Source: Dehalococcoidia bacterium
GTDB taxonomy: Bacteria > Chloroflexota > Dehalococcoidia > Lucifugimonadales > CAZENU01
NCBI GenBank assembly: GCA_965220785.1
Contig: CBDCQW010000003.1
Coordinates: forward strand, 702,003 to 766,002
Direction: 5' to 3'
DNA length: 64,000 bases
Part shown: positions 36,019-45,427 of the stretch, piece after piece
Layout: the number at the start of each line of letters is the position of its first letter
Numbering within the stretch: position 1 is the stretch's first letter
Made by a program: the position numbers and the translations under genes
Notes under the pieces: generated by a model
Databases searched by the model: none
What the model was told of the DNA's origin: nothing
Seen by the model: only the letters and a program-made list of their open reading frames with translations

Positions 36019-37656
36019 CTACAGCGTCAGGCCCGCCCGGGCTCCGGTGTGTCCGTCGGGCGACACGGTGATCTGGCCGTTGACGACCACCCACTCGATG
36101 CCGTCGGGGTACTCCTGGGGGTTGGAGTAGTCGGCCCTCTCGATGACGGTGGCGGGGTCGAAGACGACGACGTCGGCCGCAAGTCCCTCTCGCAGTACGC
36201 CGCGGTCCCAGAGGCCTACCCTGGAGGCCGGGATGGCGGTCATCTTCTGCACGGCCTCCTCCCAGGTCAGCACGCCGCGCTCCCTGACGTAGCGTCCGAG
36301 GACGCGCGGGAAGGTGCCGTAGGAGTTGGGCCGGTCCTGGTAGGCGAGCGGCCCCTCGGGCGCGAGGGCGAAGCCGTCGGCGATGGGCACGCCCATGGGA
36401 TGCGTGAGCAGCGCGTCGACGTCCTCGTCGCACTTGTTTGTCGGCGCGATCCAGGTCTGGCCGTCGTCCTGGAGCAGCATCAGCAGGCCAGCCTCCGGTG
36501 GCGTCCGGCCGCTCTCCCGTGCGAGCTCGCCTATCGACCTGCCGAGCCACGCGCGATGCTCGGCCAAGCCCGTCCGGCAGATGACCATGTCGTCCCAGCC
36601 GAAGCCGAAGGAGTACTGCTTTCCCTGTTCGATCTCCGAGCCGATCCTCCGGCGGAGCGCGGGGTCGCGCAGGCGTTCGAGGGTGGCGTCGTGTCCTCCC
36701 GTGCGCGCCCACGCCGGGACGATGCCGAGCATCGGCCCGCCGCCCCTGGGCCACGGCGTCACGTCGTAGCCGGTCTCCAGGCCGCGGTCCCGCGCACGTT
36801 CGAGGATCTCGATGGCGGCGTCGGCCTGTCCCCAGTACTCGCGGCCGGCCGGGTACATGTGCGCGACGACCAGCGGCACCTCGGCGGTCTCGGCCACGTG
36901 GACGGCCTCCCTGACGGCGTCGAGCAGGTGCGCGCCGTAGTCCCTGATGGTGGCGTGGTAGGCCCAGCCATAGGGCCTGAGCGCGCGGGCGATCTCGATT
37001 ATCTCCTCCGTCTCCGAGAAGACCGCCGAGTAGATCAGGCCGACGCTGAGGCCCCGGGCGCCCTCGGACAGCGCCTCGGCGACCAGCTCTCGCATCCGCA
37101 CACGCTCGGCGGGCGTTGCGGTGCGGCTGGCCTCCCCCATGGCGACGGCTCTGACGGGGTGATTGCCAACGAGCGAGACGACGTTGACGGAGGGCTTCGC
37201 CGCCTGGACGGCGGCGAGGTACTCGCCCATGCCGCGCCATCTCCACTCGAAGCCGTCGAAGTTGAACAGCGGCGCCGAGCGCGTATAGACATCGAGCATC
37301 TCGTCGGCGACCGGGGCGGCTGACATGCCGCAGAGACCGACGACCATGGTCGTCATGCCCTGCCGCACCGCGCTGTGGGCGAGCGGATCGACGACGAAGG
37401 TGCCGTCGGAGTGGCAGTGCTCCTCGATGAACCCGGGGCACACGAACATGCCGGCGGCGTCGACGACCTGTGCCGCCTCGCGTCCGGCCAGGTGTCCGAT
37501 GGCGACAATCCTGTCTCCGGCGACGGCAACGTCCGCTCGGCGCCAAGGGCTCCCGGTGCCGTCGAGCACGCGACCGTTGGCTATCAGGATGTCGTACATT
37601 CGCTTCGGGTCACCGGGCTGCGGAGTGTCCGCCATCGGACCACCGGCAGTATACAC
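36019..37656 (-). CDS. D-aminoacylase (N-acyl-D-amino-acid deacylase) family amidohydrolase
   Basis: YDILIANGRVLDGTGSPWRRADVAVAGDRIVAIG, then the HCHSD metal site. Start could be 37656 or 37635. Confidence 0.8.
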   Translation of the reverse strand: MYTAGGPMADTPQPGDPKRMYDILIANGRVLDGTGSPWRRADVAVAGDRIVAIGHLAGREAAQVVDAAGMFVCPGFIEEHCHSDGTFVVDPLAHSAVRQGMTTMVVGLCGMSAAPVADEMLDVYTRSAPLFNFDGFEWRWRGMGEYLAAVQAAKPSVNVVSLVGNHPVRAVAMGEASRTATPAERVRMRELVAEALSEGARGLSVGLIYSAVFSETEEIIEIARALRPYGWAYHATIRDYGAHLLDAVREAVHVAETAEVPLVVAHMYPAGREYWGQADAAIEILERARDRGLETGYDVTPWPRGGGPMLGIVPAWARTGGHDATLERLRDPALRRRIGSEIEQGKQYSFGFGWDDMVICRTGLAEHRAWLGRSIGELARESGRTPPEAGLLMLLQDDGQTWIAPTNKCDEDVDALLTHPMGVPIADGFALAPEGPLAYQDRPNSYGTFPRVLGRYVRERGVLTWEEAVQKMTAIPASRVGLWDRGVLREGLAADVVVFDPATVIERADYSNPQEYPDGIEWVVVNGQITVSPDGHTGARAGLTL

Positions 37657-37681
37657 CGCGGCCCGCCGGTTGGGCCGCCTC

Positions 37682-39076
37682 TCAAAGCGGCGGGACCATC
37701 TTGTGCCACTGCGTGGCCTGCTCGTAGGCGTAGGCGGCCCGGTACAGCAGCGCCTCGTCGTTCGCGCGCCCGTGCAGCATCAGGCCCACGGGGAAGACGC
37801 CTCCCAGGCCGAACCCGCACGGCACGGACAGGGCGGGATGGCCGCAGACGGCGGCGAGCAGGTTCCGGTACGTTCCCCGGGATCTGGCCTGTACGACCTG
37901 ACCGCGTATCGTCGCCGTCTTCGCGTCCCACCTGTCGCCGAAGCTGCTGCCCGTCGGCGTGGCGATAACGTCGACCTCCCGCAGCACGGTCTCGACCTCC
38001 TGCCTGATGAAGGCGCGGCGCCTGAGCGCCTCCAGGTAGTCGTCGAAAGAGTCCGAGATGGCCTGCCGGGTGGACTCGAGCGCGTATCGCCACGCGTCGG
38101 CGTGTTCGGCCGCTGCCGGGTCCGGGTTCAGCGCGGGCGGCTCGGACAGAGTGGGCACGGCCGATGAGCGCGCCTCGGCCGATCTCGGCAGCCTGATTTC
38201 CCGCACCTCGGCGCCCAGGTCTTCGAGGACGGTCAGCGCCCGACGCACTATCGTCTCCTCCTCCTCCGACAGCCGGTCGAGCCAGGCCCAGTCGTCGGTC
38301 GGCACACCGATCGTGACGCCGGCGACGCCGCCGTCCATACCGGCACGGTAGTTGCGGCGCGGCTCGACGATGCTCGCCGGATCGGACGGGTCGTGGGCGC
38401 CCAGCACGCCGAGCACGATGGCGTTGTCGGTCACCGTCCTGGTCAGCGGGCCGGCGGTGTCGACGCTCCACGAGACCGGCCACACGCCCATCCGGCTGAT
38501 GCGGCCGAAGGTGGGCTTGAGGCCGACCAGGTTGCTGTTGCTGGCGGGATGACGCACCGAGCCCGCGGTGTCGGTGCCGATGGAGAACAGGCCGAGAGAC
38601 GCCGCGACGGCCGATCCGGAGCCGCTGCTGGACGTACCCGGGCTCATGTCGGTATTCCAGGCGTTGCGGCTGCTCACCGGCTTGTCGTGGCTGCGGCCCA
38701 CCTCCGAGACGACCTTGCCGACCAGCACCGCGCCGGCCTCCTCCAGCAACGCGTTGATCGTCGAGTCCCGCGTCGGGACGTACTCGGTCCGGTCGGCGTC
38801 GCCGAAGATCGTCCTGACGCCCCTGGTCGCGATGACTTCCTTCAGCGTGTACGGCACGCCGTGGAGCGGCCCGCGGTCGTGTCCCCGCCGGAGCTCCCGC
38901 TCCGCCTGCCGCGCGCGGTCGAGGGCATAGTCTCCGGTGATCGTGACGAAGGCGTGGAGGCGCGGCTGGAGCTCGACGATGCGCTCCAGGGTGGCCTCGG
39001 CCAGCTCGACGGGCGAGAGCTCACCGCTGCGCAGCAGGTCCGCGGCGCCGCTTATGGTCAGGCTGCGGAGGTCCAT
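37682..39076 (-). CDS. amidase-signature family amidase
   Basis: GGSSSGSG-type block (PGTSSSGSGSAVAA) and 464-aa length. Confidence 0.85.
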   Translation of the reverse strand: MDLRSLTISGAADLLRSGELSPVELAEATLERIVELQPRLHAFVTITGDYALDRARQAERELRRGHDRGPLHGVPYTLKEVIATRGVRTIFGDADRTEYVPTRDSTINALLEEAGAVLVGKVVSEVGRSHDKPVSSRNAWNTDMSPGTSSSGSGSAVAASLGLFSIGTDTAGSVRHPASNSNLVGLKPTFGRISRMGVWPVSWSVDTAGPLTRTVTDNAIVLGVLGAHDPSDPASIVEPRRNYRAGMDGGVAGVTIGVPTDDWAWLDRLSEEEETIVRRALTVLEDLGAEVREIRLPRSAEARSSAVPTLSEPPALNPDPAAAEHADAWRYALESTRQAISDSFDDYLEALRRRAFIRQEVETVLREVDVIATPTGSSFGDRWDAKTATIRGQVVQARSRGTYRNLLAAVCGHPALSVPCGFGLGGVFPVGLMLHGRANDEALLYRAAYAYEQATQWHKMVPPL

Positions 39077-39098
39077 CGTAGCCAGTGGCGGTCGCTCC

Positions 39099-39238
39099 TT
39101 AGGACTCGCCGGCCCAGTCGGCGCGCATCACCTTTTCGAACTCGCGGTCGATGACGGCCATCTCGTCCGGGGAGAAAGCTGCCGCAGGACAAGAAAGCCG
39201 AACACGTCGAAGAAGGACATCTGCTCGGGCGTCAGCAT
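39099..39238 (-). pseudogene. N-terminal remnant of a PhyH (phytanoyl-CoA dioxygenase) family gene, frameshifted
   Basis: MLTPEQMSFFDVFGFLVLRQL, then after a 1-nt frame change SPDEMAVIDREFEKVMRADWAGES and stop. The rest of the about 260-aa family is absent. Confidence 0.55.
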
Positions 39239-39299
39239 ATGTCGCTCCTCTTCGCTGGCCCGGTCGATACGCGGGTCGCGGTACCGCCGGCGCCGTCCG

Positions 39300-39345
39300 C
39301 GCCTAGTGTACACTTCGCTGGCCCGGAATCGAACCGGAGAGCGCT
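39300..39345 (-). other. tRNA-like 3' fragment (T arm + acceptor strand) with a nearby 14-nt direct repeat
   Basis: The minus strand reads TCCGG-TTCGATT-CCGGG-CCAGCGA-A. CTTCGCTGGCCCGG occurs at 39248-39261 and 39313-39326. No complete cloverleaf can be folded. Confidence 0.4.
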
Positions 39346-39380
39346 TGCCTTTCACAACCGCCATGTTATGAAATAGGGTT

Positions 39381-39596
39381 GTGACCGGAAGAGAGTTCAT
39401 ACGACGAGTAAGGAGAATTGGTCGCGAGCGCGGCGTGACGGTGTCTATTGACACGGATCGGGGCAGGGGCAGTCATGTCGTGCTCTATTATGGCTCGCGC
39501 GCCACTGCCGTGAAAGATCGGCGTAAGGATATTGGCCCCGGCTTACTATCGGCGATGATCCGCCAGCTGGGGCTGAGTCGGGAGGACTTCCGCTAG
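39381..39596 (+). CDS. hicA: HicA family mRNA-interferase toxin
   Basis: 71 aa, REFIRRVRRIGRERGVTV...GSHVVLYYG...IGPGLLSAMIRQLGL. GTG start. Confidence 0.8.
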   Translation: MTGREFIRRVRRIGRERGVTVSIDTDRGRGSHVVLYYGSRATAVKDRRKDIGPGLLSAMIRQLGLSREDFR

Positions 39597-39609
39597 CGAG
39601 GAGGCGGCC

Positions 39610-40047
39610 ATGCGTTTCGCTTATGCTGCGCGTTTCGAGAACACTGGCCCTGATGAGGTTGTCGTCTCGTTCCGCGACCTTCCGGAGTGTCTCACCTCCG
39701 GTGCGGACGAAGTCGAGGCTTTGGAAGAGGCGCAAGATGCGTTGGAGGCGGTCGTTGCGGCGCGTATCAACCGGGGTGACCCCATCCCCGCGCCAAGCGA
39801 ACGGCTTACAGGCGAGCATCTTGTAGCCGTACCCACGGATATGTCAGCGAAAGCGGCCTTTGTGCTTGCATTTCGCAAGAGCGGCCTGACACAAGAAGGA
39901 CTCGCCCAACGTCTAGGGACAAAGCAGCCAGTCATACATCGGATGCTCGATCCACGTCACGGCACCACGGCAAGCGACCTCAATCGAGCGCTCCGCGTTC
40001 TCGGTAGCGAGCTCGTGGTCGAGGTGCGCGACCTGGCGATATCCTGA
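39610..40047 (+). CDS. hicB: HicB family antitoxin with C-terminal HTH
   Basis: MRFAYAARFENTGPDEVVVSFRDLPECLTSG..., then an HTH-like LTQEGLAQRLGTKQPVIHRML. Immediately follows hicA. Confidence 0.8.
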   Translation: MRFAYAARFENTGPDEVVVSFRDLPECLTSGADEVEALEEAQDALEAVVAARINRGDPIPAPSERLTGEHLVAVPTDMSAKAAFVLAFRKSGLTQEGLAQRLGTKQPVIHRMLDPRHGTTASDLNRALRVLGSELVVEVRDLAIS

Positions 40048-40139
40048 TCTCCGACCTCACCGGTTCCTTGTTGGCGCCCTGCCCGAACGCATATACTTGT
40101 AGCTGCGTCCGGTAGACTTCACGTGCCCAGAGGTACAGG

Positions 40140-41168
40140 TTGAAAGTCGGCATCATCAACGTGTCCGGGTACGCGGGCTCCGAGCTCGCGGGCCTGCTGT
40201 GGCGTCATCCCGACGCCGAGATCGTCTCGGTCACGGGCCGGAGCGCGGCGGGCAAGCGGCTGCCCGAGGTCCTGCCGCACCTGTGGCAGCTCGATCTCCC
40301 CGTCACGAAGAGCATCGCCGTCTCGGTCGACGTGGCCTTCTCGGCGCTTCCCAGCGGGGCCAGCGCGGCCGTCCTCGCCCCGATAGTCCAGGACGGCGCC
40401 AGGGGGGTCGACATAGCGGCCGACTTCCGGCTGCGCTCGCCGGCTGCCTTCGAGGAGGCCTACGGCGCGGAGCATCCAGCCCCGGAGCTGCTCGAGGACG
40501 CCGTGTACGGCCTGCCCGAGCTGCACCGAGAGGCGATCAGGAACGCGTCCCTCGTCGCCAATCCGGGGTGCTACCCGGAGGCCTCGCTGCTGGCGCTCGC
40601 GCCCGCGGTGCGCGAAGGACTCGTCGCGGACGACATCGTGATCGACGCCAAGTCGGGCATCTCGGGCGCCGGCCGCGGAGGCCTGGCGGCGAGCACGATG
40701 GACCACTACGCGGAGGCCAACGAGAACGTCATCGCCTACGGTCTGGAGGGTCACGGCCACCAGGCTGAGATCGCCCAGGAGGTCGCCGGGCTCCGGGAGG
40801 CTGACAGCGCGCGCGTGACCTTCGTCCCGCACCGCGTCCCGATGACGCGCGGCATTCTCGCCACGTGCTACGCGCCGCTGATCGACGCGGACATGACCGG
40901 GGACGACGTGAGGAAGGTGTACCGCGACTTCTACGACGGCGAGCCGTTCGTTCGGGTCACGGAGACGCCGCCTCAGACTAAGCAGACCGTCGGCTCGAAC
41001 TTCTGCCTCGTACACCCCACGGTCGACCCACGGGCGAACAGGCTGATCGTGGTGAGCTGCATCGACAACCTGGTCAAGGGCGCGGCCGGCCAGGCGGTGC
41101 AGAACATGAACCTGATGTTCGGCCTGCGCGAGGAAGAGGGCCTGGACCGACCCGCCCTGTACCCGTAG
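40140..41168 (+). CDS. argC: N-acetyl-gamma-glutamyl-phosphate reductase
   Basis: KVGIINVSGYAGSEL, ANPGCYPEA (active-site Cys), NLVKGAAGQAVQNMNLMFG. TTG start. Confidence 0.9.
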   Translation: MKVGIINVSGYAGSELAGLLWRHPDAEIVSVTGRSAAGKRLPEVLPHLWQLDLPVTKSIAVSVDVAFSALPSGASAAVLAPIVQDGARGVDIAADFRLRSPAAFEEAYGAEHPAPELLEDAVYGLPELHREAIRNASLVANPGCYPEASLLALAPAVREGLVADDIVIDAKSGISGAGRGGLAASTMDHYAEANENVIAYGLEGHGHQAEIAQEVAGLREADSARVTFVPHRVPMTRGILATCYAPLIDADMTGDDVRKVYRDFYDGEPFVRVTETPPQTKQTVGSNFCLVHPTVDPRANRLIVVSCIDNLVKGAAGQAVQNMNLMFGLREEEGLDRPALYP

Positions 41169-41200
41169 AAGCGTCCCGGAAGTCGGCTCCGGCCCGATCT

Positions 41201-41899
41201 CTATTCGCGGCCCAGCAGGTTGAGCACGTCGGGAATCGCCGAGATAGCCTCGCCCGCCCAGGCTTCGCGGGCGCCGTCCGCCCGGTCGTAGGGCGCCCGA
41301 ATAAGCACGGCCGTCATCCCCGTGTTGGCCGCGCCGCTCAGCTCGCCGTCGCTGCCGTCGCCGACGTAGAGGCAGCGTTCCGCCCTCACTCCCAGCCCGC
41401 TGATCGCGAGCTCGTAGATTCGCGGGTCGGGCTTCGCGAGACCCGCGTCGAACGACAGCACCGCCGTGTCGACGAGCGGCGCGAAGGGCGTCGACCTCCA
41501 CAGCCGGGAGACCTCCTCGGTGCAGTTGCTGATGAGCCCGACCCGGTAGCCCGACTGCTTCAGCGCGGACATCGTCTCGATTGTGCCTGGCCGCGGCGAT
41601 AGAGCGCCGCGCACGTACTCGTACCGGATCTGGGCGGCGGCACGGATGCGGTCTGCGCCCGGATCGGCGCCAAGCTGCCCGCAGATGTGCGACAGCGTGG
41701 CATCGGTCGACGGGGAGCGTCCAACCATGCGGTCGGGCGCGGTCGCGCTCCAAGCGCTGGCGAAGTCGTCACGGTCGAGGCCGAGCAGGTCGGCCGTCTC
41801 GTCGGTCTTCCGCCGGTAGACGATTCGATGTTCCTCCGGGTGAGTCAGCTCGTCCACCAACGTACCCCAGAGATCGAAGACCACCGCGTCGTACCTGTT
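41201..41899 (-). CDS. HAD-superfamily hydrolase
   Basis: GTG start after GGAGG. Motif I VVFDLWGTL and motif IV YVGDGSDGEL. Confidence 0.8.
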   Translation of the reverse strand, partial: NRYDAVVFDLWGTLVDELTHPEEHRIVYRRKTDETADLLGLDRDDFASAWSATAPDRMVGRSPSTDATLSHICGQLGADPGADRIRAAAQIRYEYVRGALSPRPGTIETMSALKQSGYRVGLISNCTEEVSRLWRSTPFAPLVDTAVLSFDAGLAKPDPRIYELAISGLGVRAERCLYVGDGSDGELSGAANTGMTAVLIRAPYDRADGAREAWAGEAISAIPDVLNLLGRE

Positions 41900-42110
41900 C
41901 ACCGCCGCCTCCGGTTTGGACAGATGGACAGAGTCTAGCACGCGCCGTTGGGCGGCCCCGCCGTCCATGCGTTCGCCGCCCGGCTAGGTGGTTGACTTGG
42001 AGCGGTTTCCGTGGTTTGCTGCTGTTACGATCACCCTCGGAGATGCCCGAGGAGTACAAGAACAAGGTCATGGATCCCAGCGCGCGGGCGCCTTTGGACA
42101 GGAGTAGTCG

Positions 42111-42854
42111 ATGAAGGTCTTCCCCCGAGTCATGGCCCAGCTGGCCGTCGCATCGCTCGCCGCATTGTTCCTGGCCTGTTCGAGCGACGGCGAGGAGTCG
42201 GCGGCGCCGGCCGCCGCCCCGGATGCCCCCGCCGACGATGCAGGTGGCGAGGCTTCCGTCCAGCAGGAGATAGCCGCCACCATCACGTTTACGAGCCCGG
42301 TCTTCAACGAGAAGCGCCGCATCCCGGTCAAGCACACCTGCGCCAACGAACGCCCGCCCCCGGATGGGGTTACGGTAGCTCCCGGCAAGACGGGCGAGAA
42401 TATCTCGCCTCCCCTGGAGTGGACTGACGTCCCCGAGGGCACGGCTTCGCTCGCTCTCATTCTCGATAGCGAGGAGGCTGCCGGTCCCTGGACCCACTGG
42501 GTGGTCTGGAACATCCCGGCGGACTTGACCGGCCTGGGCGAGGGTGTTTCGACCGAGGGAGAGCTGCCCGACGGCTCGAGGCAGGGGGTCAACGACGGAG
42601 GGGACGTCGGATACCTGGGGCCCTGCCCGCCGCCTTTCGCGATCATTGACGCCAGCGCCGGAGGGGACGTAGTTCGCAGTAAGACCGGGTCGGTCCAGAA
42701 GTACTACTTCCATCTGTATGCGTTGGACAGCGTGCTCGATCTGGCTCCGGGAGCGACCAAGGAAGACCTGCTCCAGGCGATGGAGGGGCACGTCCTCGGA
42801 GCGGGCGAGCTCGCCGGAGAGCGAGTCGGCAGAAAGATACTCAAACACCAGTGA
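42111..42854 (+). CDS. YbhB/YbcL (PEBP, Raf-kinase-inhibitor-like) family lipoprotein
   Basis: Lipobox LFLACSS. SPPLEW, HWVVWNIP, GYLGPCPP, YYFHLYALD. Confidence 0.8.
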   Translation: MKVFPRVMAQLAVASLAALFLACSSDGEESAAPAAAPDAPADDAGGEASVQQEIAATITFTSPVFNEKRRIPVKHTCANERPPPDGVTVAPGKTGENISPPLEWTDVPEGTASLALILDSEEAAGPWTHWVVWNIPADLTGLGEGVSTEGELPDGSRQGVNDGGDVGYLGPCPPPFAIIDASAGGDVVRSKTGSVQKYYFHLYALDSVLDLAPGATKEDLLQAMEGHVLGAGELAGERVGRKILKHQ

Positions 42855-42918
42855 AGGGCAGCGAGGACATGGAGCAGTTCGCCATAGGCCACTCCCACGG
42901 CGACACCGAGGGCCGTCG

Positions 42919-43800
42919 ATGAACGCTGCCTCGGCCGGCAGGACGAAGACCCCGCCGCCACTGGACCGCGACAGCGTCGCGCGCAGCCTGGAGCGCCTCG
43001 GGCTCGCGGCCGGCGACATCGTCTTCGTCCACAGCTCGCTGAGCAGCATGGGCTACGTCGAGGGCGGCGCCGACGCGGTCGTCGACGCCTTCCTCGACGT
43101 GCTCGGGCCGGAGGGGACTCTCGTCGTGCCGGCCTTCACCCCACGCCACAGGCGCAGCTACTCGGTCTTCGACCCAGCCAACGACTACTCGGAGGTCGGC
43201 AAGATCACCGAGACCGTCCGCACTCGCCCCGGCGCCTATCGCAGCCGGAACATGAGGGAGTCGATGGCCGCCCTGGGGCCGGCCGCCCGCGAGATGATGA
43301 GAGTGCATCGCGCCGCCGCCTGGGGCGCCGACGGCCCGTTCTGGAAGCTGTACGAGCTCGACGCCCGGATCATGCTGCTCGGCGTCCCGTACTACCGGAG
43401 CACGTTCTGGCACCTGATCGAGCAGTGGGCGCAGCCCGCCTACGGCAGGTGGCACGGGTTCACCGCCCGGATCAGGGAGGCCGACGGTACAGAGGGGCCG
43501 CTATCGTTCTTGGGTTTCGGTCCGGGACCGACCCTCCGCGGCCACATGACCGACTTCAACAAGCTGGGCGCCAGGCTGGAAGCCCGCGGGCTCGTCTCGA
43601 TTGGCGCGGTCGGCAACGCGATGGCCCGCCTCTTCCGCGCCAGGGACGCGTTCGACTACGGTTTGATCGAGTTCCGCGCCGACCCGCTGCTCTTCCGCGC
43701 CTCGGGCGAGCGGCCGAGGCATCTCCCCGACGGCGTCATCGTGGGGGAGCAGGGCAACGAGAAGTCCGTCGTCGACCCCGACCTCATGTTCTCTCGGTAG
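42919..43800 (+). CDS. AAC(3) family aminoglycoside N-acetyltransferase-like protein
   Basis: LGLAAGDIVFVHSSLSSMGYVEGGADAVVDAFLDVLGPEGTLVVPAFT is the Antibiotic_NAT signature. Confidence 0.75.
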   Translation: MNAASAGRTKTPPPLDRDSVARSLERLGLAAGDIVFVHSSLSSMGYVEGGADAVVDAFLDVLGPEGTLVVPAFTPRHRRSYSVFDPANDYSEVGKITETVRTRPGAYRSRNMRESMAALGPAAREMMRVHRAAAWGADGPFWKLYELDARIMLLGVPYYRSTFWHLIEQWAQPAYGRWHGFTARIREADGTEGPLSFLGFGPGPTLRGHMTDFNKLGARLEARGLVSIGAVGNAMARLFRARDAFDYGLIEFRADPLLFRASGERPRHLPDGVIVGEQGNEKSVVDPDLMFSR

Positions 43801-43974
43801 ACCACGGGCCGACCGTACCCGACGAAATCGGATCTTCGGGACTTGGAGTTCGCTCCATCCATGTGAACGCGCCCGCGGCCCCAGGCTGGTTGCCTCGGAC
43901 GCCGAGGTATTGACAGGAACCGCCATCCTGCTACGGTGGCCAATGGTCTGGGCCTTTGAGGATGGGGAGACCAG

Positions 43975-44131
43975 ATGTCGGCCACCGTTTCGAGATCGAG
44001 GTTTCTGACGCTGGCTGTCGCGGTTGTCCTGATCGCCGCGGTCGCCGGATGTCTCGGCGACGATCCGGCGGAGACCGCAACCCCGGAAGCGGCCGTGCAG
44101 CGCCCCGACACCCCGACGCGATCGGCGCCCG
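43975..44131 (+). pseudogene. N-terminal stub of a lipoprotein gene truncated by the IS fragment
   Basis: MSATVSRSRFLTLAVAVVLIAAVAGCLGDD (signal plus lipobox) runs straight into the IS1380-end repeat. Confidence 0.45.
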
Positions 44132-44404
44132 CCTTAGCCCGAATCCACCGATGCGGAGCGGCCTTGGGGTTGGAACAAGGGGTGAGGGCCGTGGGACGCG
44201 ACGGTCCGCGCTCGATTCCGATAAATGGGGCCGGTGGCGGCCATTGGTTGTCGTTGGTAGCGCCGATGGCGGTCCTGGGCAGCGGCGCTGGGGCGGGGTC
44301 GACGGGACAACATGCAGGGGAAGACAATCGCGGACCGGGCCGGTGCGACTCTGTGGGGCGGTTGGGTAGTCTGGTGGACGGGTCAGGCGCCGTCGGTCCC
44401 GTCC
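44132..44404 (+). repeat. solo copy of the IS1380-family element end (terminal repeat to transposase stop, no transposase)
   Basis: About 273 nt with about 13 mismatches versus 48666-48938. Similarity stops exactly at the position of the transposase stop codon. Confidence 0.9.
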
Positions 44405-44627
44405 TGCGAAGGCGACTAAGGCCCGCCTGGTCCCGCCGAACTGGACGGGATCGAGGACCTTGAGCTGGACCGGCAGAGGCCGCACGTCAACTGCGGCGAG
44501 CCGTCGCCAGGCCGCCACCACCGCGCTCGAGCCATGCGGGCCGAACTCCAGCCGCAGCCCCGTGGAAGCCACATGCGAGCCGGTGCTGATATAGTAGCCC
44601 CACTTTCAGGCACCAGGAGAAAACGGA

Positions 44628-45395
44628 ATGAAATCGGCTCACGGCACATTCTCTCTCGACCAGCTCGAAGAGGAGGGCTACACCGGCCCGGTGCCGCTGC
44701 TGAGCGCCGACGAGGCGGCTGCCGCCAGGCGGGCCTACTACGAGGCCATCGGACAGTCCGAGGAGTCCCCGGGCCCTAACCCCGGGCCCCCGTACGGCTT
44801 CAACACCCGGTACCGATGGGCCCACGACCTCTCGATCAACGAGAGGGTGCTCGACCACGCCGAGACGGCCTTGGGGCCGGACATCGTCCTGTGGGCCTCC
44901 GTGTTCTGGTACAAGGAGCCCCACAACCCCAAGTACATCCCCTGGCACCAAGACGCCAGCTACTGGCCGATGGAGCCGCGCATCAACCTGACCGCCTGGA
45001 TCGCGCTCGGGCCGACCTTCCCCGAAAACGGCTGCCTGCGGCTGATCCCCGGCTCGCACAAAGAGTGGCTGGACGACGAGTACAGGCCCCTCGACGACAA
45101 GGACAGCGCCTTCTCGCGGGGGCTGACTCCCGACCAGATCGACGAGTCGAAGGCCGTCGACATGGTCATGGACCCCGGCGACGTTGTCTTCTTCAGCGAG
45201 GCCACCCTCCACGGCTCGAACGCCAACCGCAGCGACGTGCCCCGGCTCGGCTTCTCCCTCCGGTTCACCACCCCGGAGGTGAAGTTCGACGTGAAAAGCG
45301 AGCCCGCCGAGTACATAACCGGCCTGCTCCTCGTACGAGGCGAGGACAGGTACCACCTCAACGACGAGCTGGTGGTGGAGCCGCCGCACGGGTAG
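44628..45395 (+). CDS. PhyH (phytanoyl-CoA dioxygenase) family Fe(II)/2-oxoglutarate oxygenase
   Basis: IPWHQDASYWP (HxD), LIPGSH, TLHGSNANRS. Confidence 0.8.
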   Translation: MKSAHGTFSLDQLEEEGYTGPVPLLSADEAAAARRAYYEAIGQSEESPGPNPGPPYGFNTRYRWAHDLSINERVLDHAETALGPDIVLWASVFWYKEPHNPKYIPWHQDASYWPMEPRINLTAWIALGPTFPENGCLRLIPGSHKEWLDDEYRPLDDKDSAFSRGLTPDQIDESKAVDMVMDPGDVVFFSEATLHGSNANRSDVPRLGFSLRFTTPEVKFDVKSEPAEYITGLLLVRGEDRYHLNDELVVEPPHG

Positions 45396-45427
45396 TGCGG
45401 GAGCGGACTGAGGTTGCGACCGACGCC

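Noticed and set aside
35834-37546. 570-aa minus-strand and 447-aa plus-strand ORFs overlapping the D-aminoacylase gene
   Set aside because: Shadow ORFs of a high-G+C gene with Arg-rich composition and no domain signatures.
40119-41753. 544-aa minus-strand ORF spanning argC and the HAD gene
   Set aside because: It is antisense to argC, which has unmistakable motifs, and it crosses an intergenic region. Composition artefact.
43931-44572. 213-aa minus-strand ORF and 162-aa plus-strand ORF across the IS-end fragment
   Set aside because: Most of their length is read-through of the non-coding IS end, which is duplicated at 48666-48938. Only the outer parts may be remnants of real genes.
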